DNA of 64,000 nt from Stegostoma tigrinum (Eukaryota), in assembly GCF_030684315.1 (NCBI RefSeq), contig NC_081381.1:25671811-25735810 (forward strand). The letters run 5' to 3'. A model generated the notes under the pieces. The model had not been told where the DNA came from, searched no databases, and worked only from the letters and a program-made list of their open reading frames with translations. Below, piece by piece: positions 11,201 to 24,598 of the stretch. The first letter of the stretch is position 1. Every line of letters begins with the position of its first letter. A program made the translations under genes and the position numbers.

Positions 11201-12214
11201 TTTGGATATTCCATGGATTAAAATAACAGACTAAAGGGAAACTAGATAAACACTTGATTGAGTAGGAAATGAAGAGTGTGCTGCTGGGGTGATAATGAAG
11301 AAGGGTGGAAGGAATCTTGTATGGAATGTAAATACCAGCAGGGACTTGTCGGGCTGAACAGCCTGTTTCTCTGCTGAAAATTCTATGTTTATTTTTGACA
11401 TTCACAGGATGTGAGTATCATGGGCATCATTGATAAGGCCAGCATTTACTACTCATTCCTAATTGCCCAGACAGCCTGAAGTTATATGTCGGCCAGAACA
11501 GGTAAGGAAGGCTGATTTCCTTCACTAAAGGGCATTTGTGAACCGGATGGACTTTTTCCAAAAACTGACAGTGGTTTCATCATCACTATTAGACTCTTAA
11601 TTCAAAATTTTTATTCAATTCAAGTTCCACCATGCCCCATGGCAAGATTCACATATTGAGATTAATAGTCTAACATTAATACTACTCAGTCATGGCCTCC
11701 CCATAGTAATTCAATTCTGATCTAAAATCATACTTTCAGTCTTGGTTCCATATTTTGTTATAAATTCATATGTCAACATCTATAATAAAAACTACTTATA
11801 TAAATGTTTAATTATTGATGGAAGGATGTCAGTACAGTGTGACCGTTTACATAGGTACTTTCTGTTATAAATATGGACATAAGAATTTTCTCGGAGAAGG
11901 TTGACAGGAAGTATGCACAGTTGCAATTTTTCATGTAACATGGAAATGTTATCACTTTTTGAAAGGTATGAATTATATTTTTAAAGTTATCTGCATGATT
12001 TTTTAAAAATTAAAATTATATTTGGATTTCTTCAGAGCGTTCCAACAGTGAGAATTTTGTGGGAATTATGCTATTTAGCAATTTTTCACCAAATGTTAGT
12101 CAGATTATAATGATGTGTTTTATTAATTATACTATTATAAAACACATCAGTGCATGCAGTAAAATTTTATTCAGCATAAAACAAGCCTAGTGTTTTCTTT
12201 CAAAAGTCATTTGG

Positions 12215-12340
12215 ATATACATAGACGTACATGGAATAGAACAGTGTAGGTTAGAGGGGCTTCAGATTGGTATGACAGGTTGGCACAACATCGAGGGCTG
12301 AAGGGCCTGTACTGTGCTGCAATGTTCTATGTTCTATGTT
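12215..12340 (+). mobile_element. CR1 3' end fragment
   Basis: GGGCTGAAGGGCCTGTACTGTGCTG followed by a (GTTCTAT)n tail. Confidence 0.7.
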
Positions 12341-14770
12341 CATTTGTAGGAAATGGAAATTAAACAATTTAGTGATATTCTAAAGATATAATTGTGAGCA
12401 TATTCTCACAGCAATGTTTTTACACTGCTATATTCTAAAGAACAGACTCACTGAAAGAAACACTCAACAAATCTCCAAACAAGTATAAACATCACAAACC
12501 GAAACTACATTCATCTATTTCACACCATTCATACATTGTATTACAACACCAGACATTAAAGTGATTTTAACAAGAGGAGCTGGAGATGTTATCTGGGACT
12601 CGGTTGTGTTCTCCTTACCTTGATTCTGTCTCTCTCTGGCCTTGGGCTGGTATGACAGAAATCTCCGAGCTCTTTTAGAAAGCAGCTGCCCATTGACGTC
12701 AGGGACTCACAAACTTGTGTCCTTCACTGGGAAGTTCCTGGATTATCAGCAGGCTGGGAATTGGGCTGAGATTTGGCCTTCTGTTTTCTTCCTTGTGTAT
12801 TTATTTCAGCACAGTGTTGCTGCAGAAATGATGGTAAATTCAGTTGCTATTTATGAAGAAATTTTTTTTCCAATTCACTTTACTCGTCTTAATCTGTTTT
12901 CCTTCAACTTTTCACCTCTGCCACAGCACTGAAAAGACACTAATCAAAGCCACATTCTTTGTTACAATTACCATAATAACTAGCTACCATCATCCTTCTG
13001 GATCCCTGCACAGCCTTTAACATATGGACCAGTTTGTCCTGATCCCAAGCTTCTCCAATGTAATTGAACTGGATGGGAAAGACCTTGCCTGTCTCCATTA
13101 TTTACCTATTCAGTCATAATCAGAGAATCTCCTGCTAAGATTTCGCTTTCTGCTTCTGTTACTCCTTGAAATCCTGAAGGTTCTCTCCGTGTCTTCCTTC
13201 CTATTTCTCATGCACATACTACCCCTTGACAACTTCACGTGAAGACATGAAGTCAGGTTCCTTTTCACATTTTCACAGGTACACGAACAATGCTCAGTTC
13301 TACCTCTTCAACGCCTGTCTCAAGCCCTTCACTGCCTCTGTATTGTCAGGGTGCATGTCCAACATTCAGGTTTGAATGATTTAATCTCAATTCCTAGGTG
13401 CTTTCTCAGGCTGAAACAGGTAGTTCACATCCTCGATGTCACACTTGATCCTGGGTTGAACTTTCAAATGCATATCTGTTCGATTAGAGAGATCATCTAT
13501 TTCCATAACATCATCTGTCTCTGCACCTGCCTCAACCCATCTTTTGTTGAAATATTCTTTCATGTATTTGTTATCTCTAGCTTTGACTATTCCAATGTTC
13601 CGATGGTCAGTCTCCACATTGTCAACCCTTTAAACAATGTCAGCTCATTCAAAAATCTGTTCCCATAGCCTAAGTTGCATCAAGTCCCCTTTATCCCTTG
13701 TAATTGCTGATCTGTATTGACCCTCAGTCTTCCAATGCCTTAAATAGTGTTCACATCCCCCTCTATGGCATCATCTCTCCTTATCAGTGTCATTCCTCCA
13801 GTCATTCTTACTTTCAATTTATCTTTATTGTGGGCTGTCTGTTTATTGTACTGGTGCTCCCTTCAACATTGTTGTGTAGCTGAACAAGTGAACACTCTCA
13901 CAGAATGTTGCACGGGCTCAGACTGATTGCTGTACTATGTTAGATCCAGGGTTGCTGTGTCACTGCACATCCACACAACCCAATAACCCACCTACACCTC
14001 TGAATTCTTCCGGTTCTGACCTTTTATTCAACTGTTGCTTTATTTTTCCTGCTAGTTGTGGCCAAGCCTTCTGCCATCTAAACCCAAGTTCTGAATTTCG
14101 CCTCATCATTACCATGCTCTCCTTTGAGTTGATCATTGAAATCTACTTTGATGAAGCTTAGTTACTTGTTGTAATTGATACTTCATTAGCTTGATGTGCA
14201 ATTTGTCTGATTACATTTCTGTTTCATCCTACAATGATTTCCTTCATTGAATGTCTGATATAAATATACATTGATAGTGGATCACTGTGGAAACACTGCA
14301 AACTACACATCAAATATTTTGTGCATTTGAGTGTATAAATCAAGGAAATAAGTTTACAGTGTCACAGATATTGGTTAATTGGCAAAGATCTAGAAGCAAT
14401 CTGATTAGAAAGATATGCTCTACGACGACCTTGCTTTCTGCATAACATCAACACATTACCCATGTCACCGCTACAGGGTCATCTGTCGCCGAAATCACAA
14501 GTTGACCAGGATCAAAATTGATCCACAAGAACTTCTTCTTGCTAATGAATCAGAGGAAAAGTCTCTGCTGGTTGGAGTCATAGCTGAGTTGAACAAGTCA
14601 TATATATATTGTTACAACAACAGGTCAATTAAGAACTCTGCAGCAAGTATCTCAACACCTCCCCCCATTGCTTGCCCAACATAAACAAAGCACAAATCAG
14701 AAGTCTCATGGAATACTCTCCACTCATCTGAATGGATGCAGCTGGAGCAACACTCAGATGTTTAACACCA

Positions 14771-14993
14771 GAGATAATGGGAACTGCAGATGCTGGAGAA
14801 TCCAAGATAACAACGTGTGAAGCTGGATGAACACAGCAGGCAAAGCAGCATCTCAGGAGGCACAAAAGCTGACGTTTCGGGCCTAGACTCTTCATCATCC
14901 TCTCTGATGAAGGGTCTGGGCCCGAAACATCAGCTTTTGTGCTCCTGAGATGCTGCTGGGCCTGCTGCATTCATCCAGCTTCACACTTTGTTA
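14771..14993. mobile_element. Non-coding palindromic family A mini-element with two opposed hammerhead motifs
   Basis: 19-bp TSD ACTCAGATGTTTAACACCA (14752-14770 / 14994-15012). Minus arm to 14897, plus arm from ~14899. Confidence 0.88.
14902..14933 (+). ncRNA. Minimal hammerhead ribozyme (family A), intact core
   Basis: CT-CTGATGA-A-GGGT-CTGG-GCCC-GAAA-CA-TC-AG. Confidence 0.65.
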
Positions 14994-15719
14994 ACTCAGA
15001 TGTTTAACACCATCCTGGATAAAGTAGTTCACTTGATTCATACCCCATCCACCATGATTAATATTCAGCCCCTTCACTATTGACACACAGTGGGACCCAC
15101 TACAGGTTGGACAGCATTAACTTAGCAAGACTCCTTGGACTGCTTCTGAAACTGCAACATGCTTGAAACAATGGCAGCTGTTGCATGGGATCATGACTAC
15201 CTGCAACTTCAAGCCATGCAATATATTTTGACTTAGAACTACATTGCTGTTTTTTCATTGTCTCTATGTAAAGGTCCTGGAACTCCCTACTTAACAGCTT
15301 GAATGTGTGTTTTCACCAAATGGACTGTGGTGGATCAAGAAGGCAGCTCATTGCCACCCTCTCAAAGATGCATTCCATGAACAAATTACAATGAATAATA
15401 ATTTTAAAAAGAGAATTGGATAAATACTTGAATTGGAGAAACATTGCATAACTGTGGGTAAAGAACATGGAGTGACATCAATGGAATACTGTTGCCAAAA
15501 ACTGGCAATACATGAAATACATGAAAGGTCATAAATTCTTTCTCTCTTCACAAATGCTGCCAAATTTGATCTGTTTTCAACTTTCAGTTCTTCATCCACT
15601 GTAAGTTTGTGCTTTTGTAGAGTCAGAGATGGGCCAAATGACCTCCTGTTGCCTTATTACTTTCTTTGATCCTGGTGCCTGTTTCTTTAAAGGCAGCCTT
15701 ATCAATAGATAACGCAAAG

Positions 15720-16048
15720 ATGGATTGCGCGGCTCCCCGCCCGGCCTTGAAGTGAGGAACACAGCACCACTGATTGAACTCCGGAACAGTAATGCGCAGG
15801 CGAATCGCCTTTGCCCTATCATTGGTTTGCTACCGAAGTGCCAAAACGCATGCGCCTCCCTCTGTGTCGCGGTTGATCTTGCCGATATGATAATATGCAT
15901 AAACCTTGTGGTTGGTTTTGGTCGTCTGGTAATATGCATGCGTCCTGCTCTGCGCTGTGATTGGTCATTCCACGATGATGGGCGGTGATGTGTTGCGCAG
16001 GCGCGGCACGATCTTTCTCTCTCTTTCGCTCCGCCATCTTGTGCAGAT
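15720..16048 (+). promoter_or_regulatory. RPL22 CpG-island promoter with TCT/5'TOP initiator
   Basis: GC box ~15733-15742; ETS CCGGAA 15781; NRF1-like TGCGCAGGCG(C) ~15793 and 15994-16004, CGCATGCGC 15847-15855; ATTGG 15821 and 15960; pyrimidine tract 16012-16027; YY1-like CCGCCATCTT 16031-16040. Confidence 0.8.
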
Positions 16049-16060
16049 ATGGCTCCTGCG
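16049..16060 (+). CDS. RPL22: 60S ribosomal protein L22 (eL22) exon 1 (MAPA)
   Basis: ATGGCTCCTGCG|gtgagt after the TOP tract; same 4-codon first exon as vertebrate RPL22. Confidence 0.9.
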
Positions 16061-17919
16061 GTGAGTCCAGTCGCGCTGCTCATACTTGCCCTTCCCTGGA
16101 GAGGGGCTGCGTGTTCTGTACCTGTTCTCGAAGTTGCGGGGTCCTGGTCCTTTCATGGAGATGTGTGAGGAATGGTCGGCTCTTGTGCTTTCATCGCTGA
16201 CGGGGTGTATGCGGGAGACCGGCCGGAGCAGGCCTGGGTTCAGGGCCGCGGTCTCTGGGTGGGAGTGGGGACCAGATTCGAGTTCTGCGTCTCCGGGCCT
16301 CCGCAATTTACTGCTTTTGAAAGTTACTCCTTAGGCATCGCCATTGCTCACCATAGCCCGCCCACCCCACTCCGAGTGGAAAGGCTGCCCGAACCTCCCC
16401 ACTTGCTTGTCCTGCACGTGTTTGGCAAAGTTTAAAACTTGTTCTTTTAAAAATCAACAAGCCATAGAATAGGTTTCCTTGTTAAAATAGCTTAATGACA
16501 ATTTCAACCCCGCCGCTGGCTTTCGGCTTCAGAACGTCGCATTTCTAATTGAACTGCAGTTTCTCAAACGTTCGCCTAAATGCTCTCAATCGTGACTGTA
16601 ACATTCAGCCATTTGGGGCTCATTTTGAACGTGATTGCAGTATTATTCTCTATTGGTTTTGGTATTCTACCCTAATTACTTTAATACTTCGCTTTCCTCC
16701 TCTTCCCCTCGAAAAACTGCATTCGGGCCGACTGTGAAGTCTTTCATGAAGTCATGACGTCCTGAAGTCTTGCCTGCTCCTGTCCAACTGTTGATGCGCC
16801 TCGACTAGACAATTTTAGAACCTGTCCTGCCATTTACTGAAATCATGGCTGCCGTAACTCCAATCCTTCTCATTGACTTTATCGTCATTATAGCCCTGAA
16901 GCAGGCTACGTGACTTATCCTTCTTCATATGCTTTACTACTGAAAGGCTGTCAATCTAATTTAACGTTACTGTGCTAATGTTTGTGGATGTCCTCCCTAA
17001 CCCCTCTGGATTGTTTGGTTAATTTTTTTGATGTTATTCCTCTTGTCCTGTGCCAATGGAAGTGGATCCTGTATGTGTAAAATATTGACAGTAAGTTCAC
17101 TGTGATTCCCTGAATGCAGATGTTTGCTCCCAATGTTCCACAAGTTGCAGCAGTTAATCTGTTTTGGTCGCATTGGTTAGAGGAGAAATCATGGCCTGGT
17201 CTTAAAACTAAATTTGTTTAATTATATGATGTGTATAGCTTCAGTTTATTGGCTTACTGTGGTACAGAACCGTTAAAAGTAGATCTTATATTTCTGGAGT
17301 GTGACCTAAGCCAATAGTTTTCTGACAGTGGTATAAGTACAGGGATATATAATTTGGTGCTTCTGCATGTGTTTCATAAATTACTGAGGTAATCTGCACA
17401 GTGTGATATATCTTCAATCTGTAGATTCAAGCATTCTAGTTAAATTTGCTGTCATCGGGTGCAATGCAATCTCGTTATAAGCCTCTCATTCTTTTAGTGT
17501 TATAGTTCAATTGCTCTTTTTAAAATCATGTCTCTTGTTCTGTGGGATGCATGTGTGCAGCATAGCCCCACTGGCAAGTATCTGTGTAGAAAATTGCAAT
17601 TGTCGTCATCATCATTGATAAGCACACAAGTTTCCCTCCTTGCCCTGTGGTCCAGAAATAATTTGACAACTTGATTGTAATTGCAGTTGTGATGTGTTGG
17701 AAACTGGTTGTATCATCAGTTATTTCTGTGATTAGGATTGCAGTGCTGTAGAAACCAGGATCCCCATGATAATCAAGAACCCATCTATCTCTGTCTTCAG
17801 TAAAATAGTTAGCCTTGTGCGTCTGACGAATGGTTTTCTTCTCTTTTTTTTTCCCCTTTTTCTTCCTGTCCTGTGCGCTACCCATCCATAACCAATTGCC
17901 CTCACTTTTTGCTTTTCAG

Positions 17920-18021
17920 AAGAAGCTTCTGACTAGGGGCAAGAAGAAGAAGCAAGTGCTGAAGTTCACCTTGGACTGCACACATCCAGTGGAAGATGGC
18001 ATCATGGATGCTTCCAATTTT
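17920..18021 (+). CDS. RPL22: RPL22 exon 2
   Basis: [34 protein letters not shown]; tttcag| ... |gtaagt. Confidence 0.97.
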
Positions 18022-19539
18022 GTAAGTTTATCTGGAATTTTCTCAGTCTTTTCAATAAATTAAAACTGACTGGAGCGTAACGCACCTTTGTACACAACAG
18101 ACTGAGTTGGCAATAGTCCTGGCCACAATAGGTACAGAAGGTGTACTAGACATGGGGCATCCTTTGGTGTGCTTTGGCTGTAGTTGTGGTTATATGCTAA
18201 TGCTGTGGTGTAGTGTGACTCCCACAACACACAATCTGTATGATACTGCTTTCTGCTTAGGCTCCTGTGAATGGTTGGAAAGTATCTGAGCGTTGAAATA
18301 ACTGTTTTAATTCATGTGCCTTTGTCACTATATAGGGACCATTCAACAATGTGCATTCCAATTGTCCACATGTTCCTGTGCCAGTTTGACTCTGGTCCCA
18401 CCTTCCAAATGAAAAGAGGCACCTGTTTTTCTTCACTCTTGCCTGTTTTTAGGATATGTAGATGAACAGATCCTGGGCGTTGTAGAATCAGAATTGTTCT
18501 CCATGCTGTGATAGTTGTATATCTATTCAAGGGATGTGGGCTTTGCTAGCAGCATCTATTGTCTGACTGTAATTGCTTTTAGAAGATAGATTGAAAAAGA
18601 TGGAAAACATCCTTCTGGAACCCCTGGTAGTAAGTATGAAGATGCACTCACTGCTGTTGGGTAGGAGTTTCAGGATTATGATACTGTGGCTGATGAAGGA
18701 GCATTAATGTTTTTAAGATCACAGTCGTGATGTCATGTGGCTTGTTTGGGACTATTGAATGTGTTGCAGTATTCCTGAAAATGTGTGGAGTTTTAGGAGT
18801 TGGTGTCTAAGAAGCCTTCACAAAGTTGTGCACTGCGGTCAAAACATTGATTCTAATCTTACAAATGGTGTTTTTATTGTGAAGTGAGTGGCTTACTAGA
18901 CCATGTCAGGGGGTATTTAAGGATAAAGCATATTGCTTTAGTACATGCAGAAGCAGACCAGGTAAGCATGGCAGAATTCTTTTCCCTGAAGTAGTGTAGT
19001 AGATGGATTTTTTTTTACAACAATCTGTTTGTATTGTGGTGACCATTCATGATACTAACCTTTACTGCAGGTTTTTTCCACAGCTGATTTTAAATTTCCC
19101 ATCTGCCATGATGGAGTTTGAATCCATGTTTGGATCATTGGTGCAGGCCTCTGGATTTCTAGTCTAGTAATGTATTCAGTACGTTGACATATCTGTTACC
19201 TGTTGTGTTATGCTCCTTAAGAACAATAACTTTGGTTACTCTTATGGAGACATCCAGGTGTGTTACACGGGAACCATTAAGCCCAAGGGGGTGTTTGGGG
19301 TTTGAGCATAAGCTTGGTCCAGCCATTTGTGAAATGGAGAGTCCGGGAGAGTGTGAAACCCATGCAGATCCACCACCAATGCTCAGTAGCAACAGTGTGA
19401 ACTATCTCTGTAAGATGTACACTCACCCACCCCTCTGGCCAAGCCATCTATTGCCGATCCTTCAGTGTCATTGGGTCAAAATCCTGGAATTCCCACACTA
19501 ATGGCATTGTGGGTCAACCCACAGAGGATAGATTGCGAG

Positions 19540-19633
19540 CTAACAAGGTGTGGAGCTGGATGAACACAGCAGACCAAGTAGCATCTGAGGAGCAGGAAAG
19601 CTGATGTTTCGGGCCTAGATCCTTCTTCAGAAA
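19540..19633 (-). mobile_element. Short family A mini-element with hammerhead (19601-19632)
   Basis: Reverse complement TTT-CTGAAGA-A-GGAT-CTAG-GCCC-GAAA-CA-TC-AG followed by the family A 3' sequence; inserted in a LINE 3' fragment. Confidence 0.75.
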
Positions 19634-21709
19634 CGGGCCAGTTCAGAAATGGCAGCAGTTCAAGAAGGCAGCTCACCAATGCCGCCTTTAGGACTACTGG
19701 GGGTGGGCAATAAATGCTGTCCAATCTGTGATGCCTAGATGCCACAAATTTAATAAAAATGAAAGGGAGAGGTTTGTAGGGTGATTGTGTGAAGTGATTA
19801 AACAGGAAAATGAGACAGTAAATTTTAAGGCACTGGATTAGTGAGGGTGTGGGTCAATGAATTGTCTATGATCAATTCTGACTAGTTTTGGAAGATCGGA
19901 AGTTTGCTACACAAGCATTTGATTCATCGGCTCTGGAGGGACATGAGGGTACAATGTTTAACGTAGATCTGTATGACTGACAAAGCTGTGGATATGGACA
20001 GTATTGCCTTGTGACTGAGAGAATTGGATTGAATGCATAACTTGAAGAATGAGATGTCAAAATTGTAAACAGCTTGTTTTGACAAGGAAAAGCCTGATCA
20101 GGGGTGGTGTCGGCGGTATGATTGCAGTATTTGCGTTAGGACTGTAGACAATGGCTTTAGTCTTCCCAGAGGTTATTTGGGGAAAGTTGTAGGTTATCCA
20201 AGATTAGATTTTGGATATGATTTGCAATACTGAGTCAGTAGAACTTTTGAAATGGATCTTTATATTAGCAGTGCACGTATGGAGACTGGCCCTGTCACTT
20301 TCAAAGTCACCAAGAGGCCATATATAGATGAGCAGGGCTACAGACAAATCTTGGAAGTTCCCATGATGATCGTGAGCTAGAAAGAGATGTTGGTGACTTT
20401 GTTGGCATGAGTGGAGTTGAGTGCAGGCTGGATAGATATTGGGAGGTTTGATGGTTAGAGTCCAAAGCTGCAGAGAATAATGCATTGCAGTTGTTGAATG
20501 GTTTTTTAATTTCCTTTTTCTAAAATCTAAATTGCTGCTTTCATGGAAACTAGTTTGGAGAGTTTCAAAGAGTGAGTTGTGACAAAGTTGGCTGTCAGTC
20601 CTGGAAGTCGGCAGGGTGGTTGAGATGGGCATTGTTTGTTGCCTGTTTTTGGTAATAAAGTAGTATTCATCTGCAGCCTAAATGTGGCTTTTAGGGTGGT
20701 TTTTGTCAGCATAGCACAAAGATGATCTGTTGCAGCTTGATGTGATCCTTTAGATTCCTTTTATAGTTGTGTATGCACATTAGCTTTTTGCATGCTGAGC
20801 TATACATATCTTAGATCTGCACTAGTAGCATTAGTAATGTCCAGAGTGAATGCGTTTTGGCCAACTTTGAGATCACCTTGATCGAGTCAAGCGTGATGTT
20901 CTTCCCCCCTCCCTTGTGTGAACTGAAACAGGGATATCCAATCGACCCCTGTTAGCTTGGGCTGTTCAGTGACTTTTTAATGGACTGTGCCCTGTCCCAC
21001 GTGGTACTTGATTTTAGGAAGATAAATCCTGATTCACCTTTTCTCTTCCATATTGGTTGAATCACTGCTCATTTGAAAGAGGACCACCAATGGAATTTTC
21101 AGACTTTGCTGCTCAGTACTACTTCGGAGTGTGTCTATTCACTGCTGGTGTTGCTTGAGAGAAATGTTTGGAAATAATAGTTGCTGAGTGATTTTTTTTT
21201 TTGGCTTCACAAACTCTGTTATAGAATATTGTGCTTGACGTTGATTTGGTGAAAATAAAACGGGTCATTTGGAGTTCCCTTCCTGTGACATTTCATGATA
21301 GTTGAATCCTGTTTCTGACATCAGGGTTTGAACTTCACGAATTTTTGTTTAAGATGAGGAAGAATAGTGTAAGGGAATGTACTTGAGGTGGATGTTTTCT
21401 GCTCACTATCTAAACCAGTTTGATTAATTGTGATCATCTCTTCTGTGGTTCAGAAGATCAGGATTTATCTTCCTAATGGTTTGTGGCTAATGAGATATCA
21501 CCTCTGGGCTTGTAGGTAAACCATTATTGTGACCAGCAGGTGCTGAGGGTTTGAGAAACAAGTGGCAGTATTCAGAATTTGTAAACCAGCTGAATTAAAG
21601 CGAAAGGATTGCTGAAAATCTAATTGGGTGCTATGATGAGAGAGTTGAATGTACAGCAGAAGCAACCTCCAAGTTCCAGTCTAATCAAACTTGAGTGGTA
21701 CAGTATACA

Positions 21710-22044
21710 AGATAACAAAGTGTAGAGCTGGATGAACACGGCAGGCCAAGCAACATCTCAGGAGCACAAAAGCTGACGTTTTGGGCCTAGACCCTTCATC
21801 AGAGAGGGGGATGGGGAGAGGGTTTTGAAATAAATAGGGAGAGACGGGGAGGCAGACCAAAGATGGAGAGAAAAGAAGGATAGGTAGATAGAAGATAGGC
21901 CTCCCCCCTCTCCCTATTTATTCCAGTTCTGTCTCCCCACCCCACGAAACATCAGCTTTTGTGCTCCTGAGATGCTGCTTGGCCTGCTGTGTTCATCCAG
22001 CTCCACGCTTTGGATTCTCCAGCATCTGCAGTTCCCATTATCAC
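21710..22044. mobile_element. Family A PLE insertion with inverted arms
   Basis: 14-bp TSD TGGTACAGTATACA (21696-21709 / 22045-22058). Minus-arm hammerhead 21773-21804 has G12>A; the plus arm lacks the CUGAUGA box. Confidence 0.85.
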
Positions 22045-23229
22045 TGGTACAGTATACATTTGGCTGCCTAACATTTCACTGGACAGTGCTGCTCAGGAAG
22101 CCAAATTGAATGTTTTGAAAATTTTACTTTCAAGATGAAATTGTTTTTCTGAATGAAAAGTAACCCGCTAATACAATACCCATGGCCCGTGTGGATGACT
22201 GCTGCTCAGGATTGCTGCTTCTGTTCCGGCACCTAGTCTGCCAAACGCATTGCAGCTTTTAAGAAGCTTAACTGAATAGTAGTTTAACTGCAGCAAACCA
22301 CATGCAGGTCAAGACAGTTCAAGGTGCTAGAATTTCTTGTGATACTCTAAGCAGTCACACTGGAAAGTGAAGTTTATGCTGGAGGTCAGCTGCAGTCTTC
22401 CAAAGCAAGGCAGGCTTGCTGCTGGTCTTTAATGTTCTTCATTCACCACTCTCACACGGGCTATTGACTTGGGTGTTGCCATCTGTATTTCACTTGCGTT
22501 GCAAGATTTGGAACCCAGTTTTGGAATCTAGCTGTTTCATGATCCAAGGGGACGCAGCTCTTTATGTTTATACAGTGCCTTTAAGATAAAGCCATTTCAC
22601 AGAAAGAAACAAGTATTCCTCCCATTCCATCAAATTTTGAGTGACAGCTCTGCTTAATGTGACCTAGACTGTCTGGATGTAACACAGACTTGAATCTTTG
22701 TCCATGGTGTGTGGCAGTAATAGTGTGCCAGTACTCGATATCACAACATGGTTAGGCACAGTGTCAGTATCTCTTCCAGATCTGTTGAGTTGGGTATTTA
22801 CACTGAATTTTCTAACATTGTCTCAGCATATTTCGCAGTTCTAAATTTGACACAATAAAATAGTAAATTTTTAATCACAACTCTGACCTTCATTTCATTT
22901 ATCTTGAAGACTCTGTGATCGTACAAGTTCTAGTATTTTCTCCAGTTCACACGCGTAGAATGTTAGCCAGCTATTAGCCACCCTTGCCTGATTAATCAGG
23001 GCCAATCCCATTCAGGTTTTGCTTGACTTCCAAGTTGCCTGTTTTCTATTAAGATTCTTTGGGTAGCAATTGAGAGCAAGAATCTAGCAGTTATTTTCCC
23101 TCGCTCCATTAGTGTCCACTTATAAACCAGGCTGTGCGCTTCCTGATTTGGTGGTAATGTTAATACAAAATGGTACGTTACTGGCCCAACTACGTGTATA
23201 TTATCAAAAACAAATGAAGCACTTATTAA

Positions 23230-23367
<138 letters not shown>

Positions 23368-24598
23368 TGAGTCAGGCAAGGAAAGTATGAGGTGAATGTA
23401 TTACAGGAATAAGTTTCTTTGTAGACATCTTAATATGTTCGGTCTTTATGTCTGTGGACACTGAGCAGGGTAAGGTTGGTTACTTGTGTGCCAAAAGGTG
23501 GCCGGTGCTGTTTCACAGGGAGAAGTGCTAGACCACTACTATTCAAAGTTTGCATGAACTTGAACTCTACAACTGAAGGCACAATTTCAAAATGTGTATA
23601 ATCCCAAATTAGGAAGTATAATTGATATTGGGTGTGTGTTGGGGGGGTGTGGTGGAGAGGCATTGGTGAATATAGGATGGTGTGTAATTGGTAAATGAAC
23701 TGTAACTGTGTTGGGGGGTCGCGTGCGTGTTGAAGAAAGAAGTGGCCACATACATGTTGGGAAAACTAGTACCTAAGATGGGTAGAGGAATGGGAGGATC
23801 TGGTCATGCAGATGCACAAATGGCTATGGTAGTGATAAAAGTTAATGCACCATAAAGAGCATAAAACATGGATGTTTATCTCTACAGGGATAGAAATGAA
23901 AAGTAAAGATGTTTCTTAAACTTGTATAGAGCCTAGTTTGAGTCCATGTAGAGTACGATGCTCAAGGCTGGACTGCATTTTTCTACAAGGTTCATTGTGC
24001 AATAGTTGAGAGACAGCCCTGTCTGTTGTTTTCACTCACTGGCTTCAGTGCGCTATTGTAAAAGGTACTACAATAGAGTATTTACTAGATTTATATCTGA
24101 ACTAAAACGTTGTGCTGATTGACAAATGTGGATCAGCTGGCGCTCTTTCTGTCTGGAAGAGAGAACACTGAAGGATTTTCTGATGGTCTTCAAGATAATG
24201 GGGAAAAAAATAAAAGATATTTGTGCCTATGGCTGCTGTTAGAACCAAGGACCATAAGTATGTTAAATTCAGTAGGGAATTCTAGATAAACTTCCCAAGA
24301 CACGTGAAACAAGGAGCAGTTGAAGCTGAATCTCTTGAATGTATGTATTTAAGAGGAATATAGATAAACACACGAATGACAAAAGAATGGAAAAACATGC
24401 TGAAAGTGTGAAGTGGCAATCTTTGTACAACTGAAATACCAACACACACCTTTTTTGGGTTGAATACTGTGCTGGAAGTACTTTGCAGTGCATGCCAGTT
24501 GCTGAATGATTTTTATGGGTGCCTGCTGATTTTGAGAAACAGACCTTTTGGACCAACTTGTCCATGCCACCTAGGTATCCTAAATTAATCTAGCCCTG

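Noticed and set aside
15592-16435. Multiple overlapping ORFs around the RPL22 promoter
   Set aside because: Expected from the low stop-codon density of a CpG island; no recognisable protein similarity.
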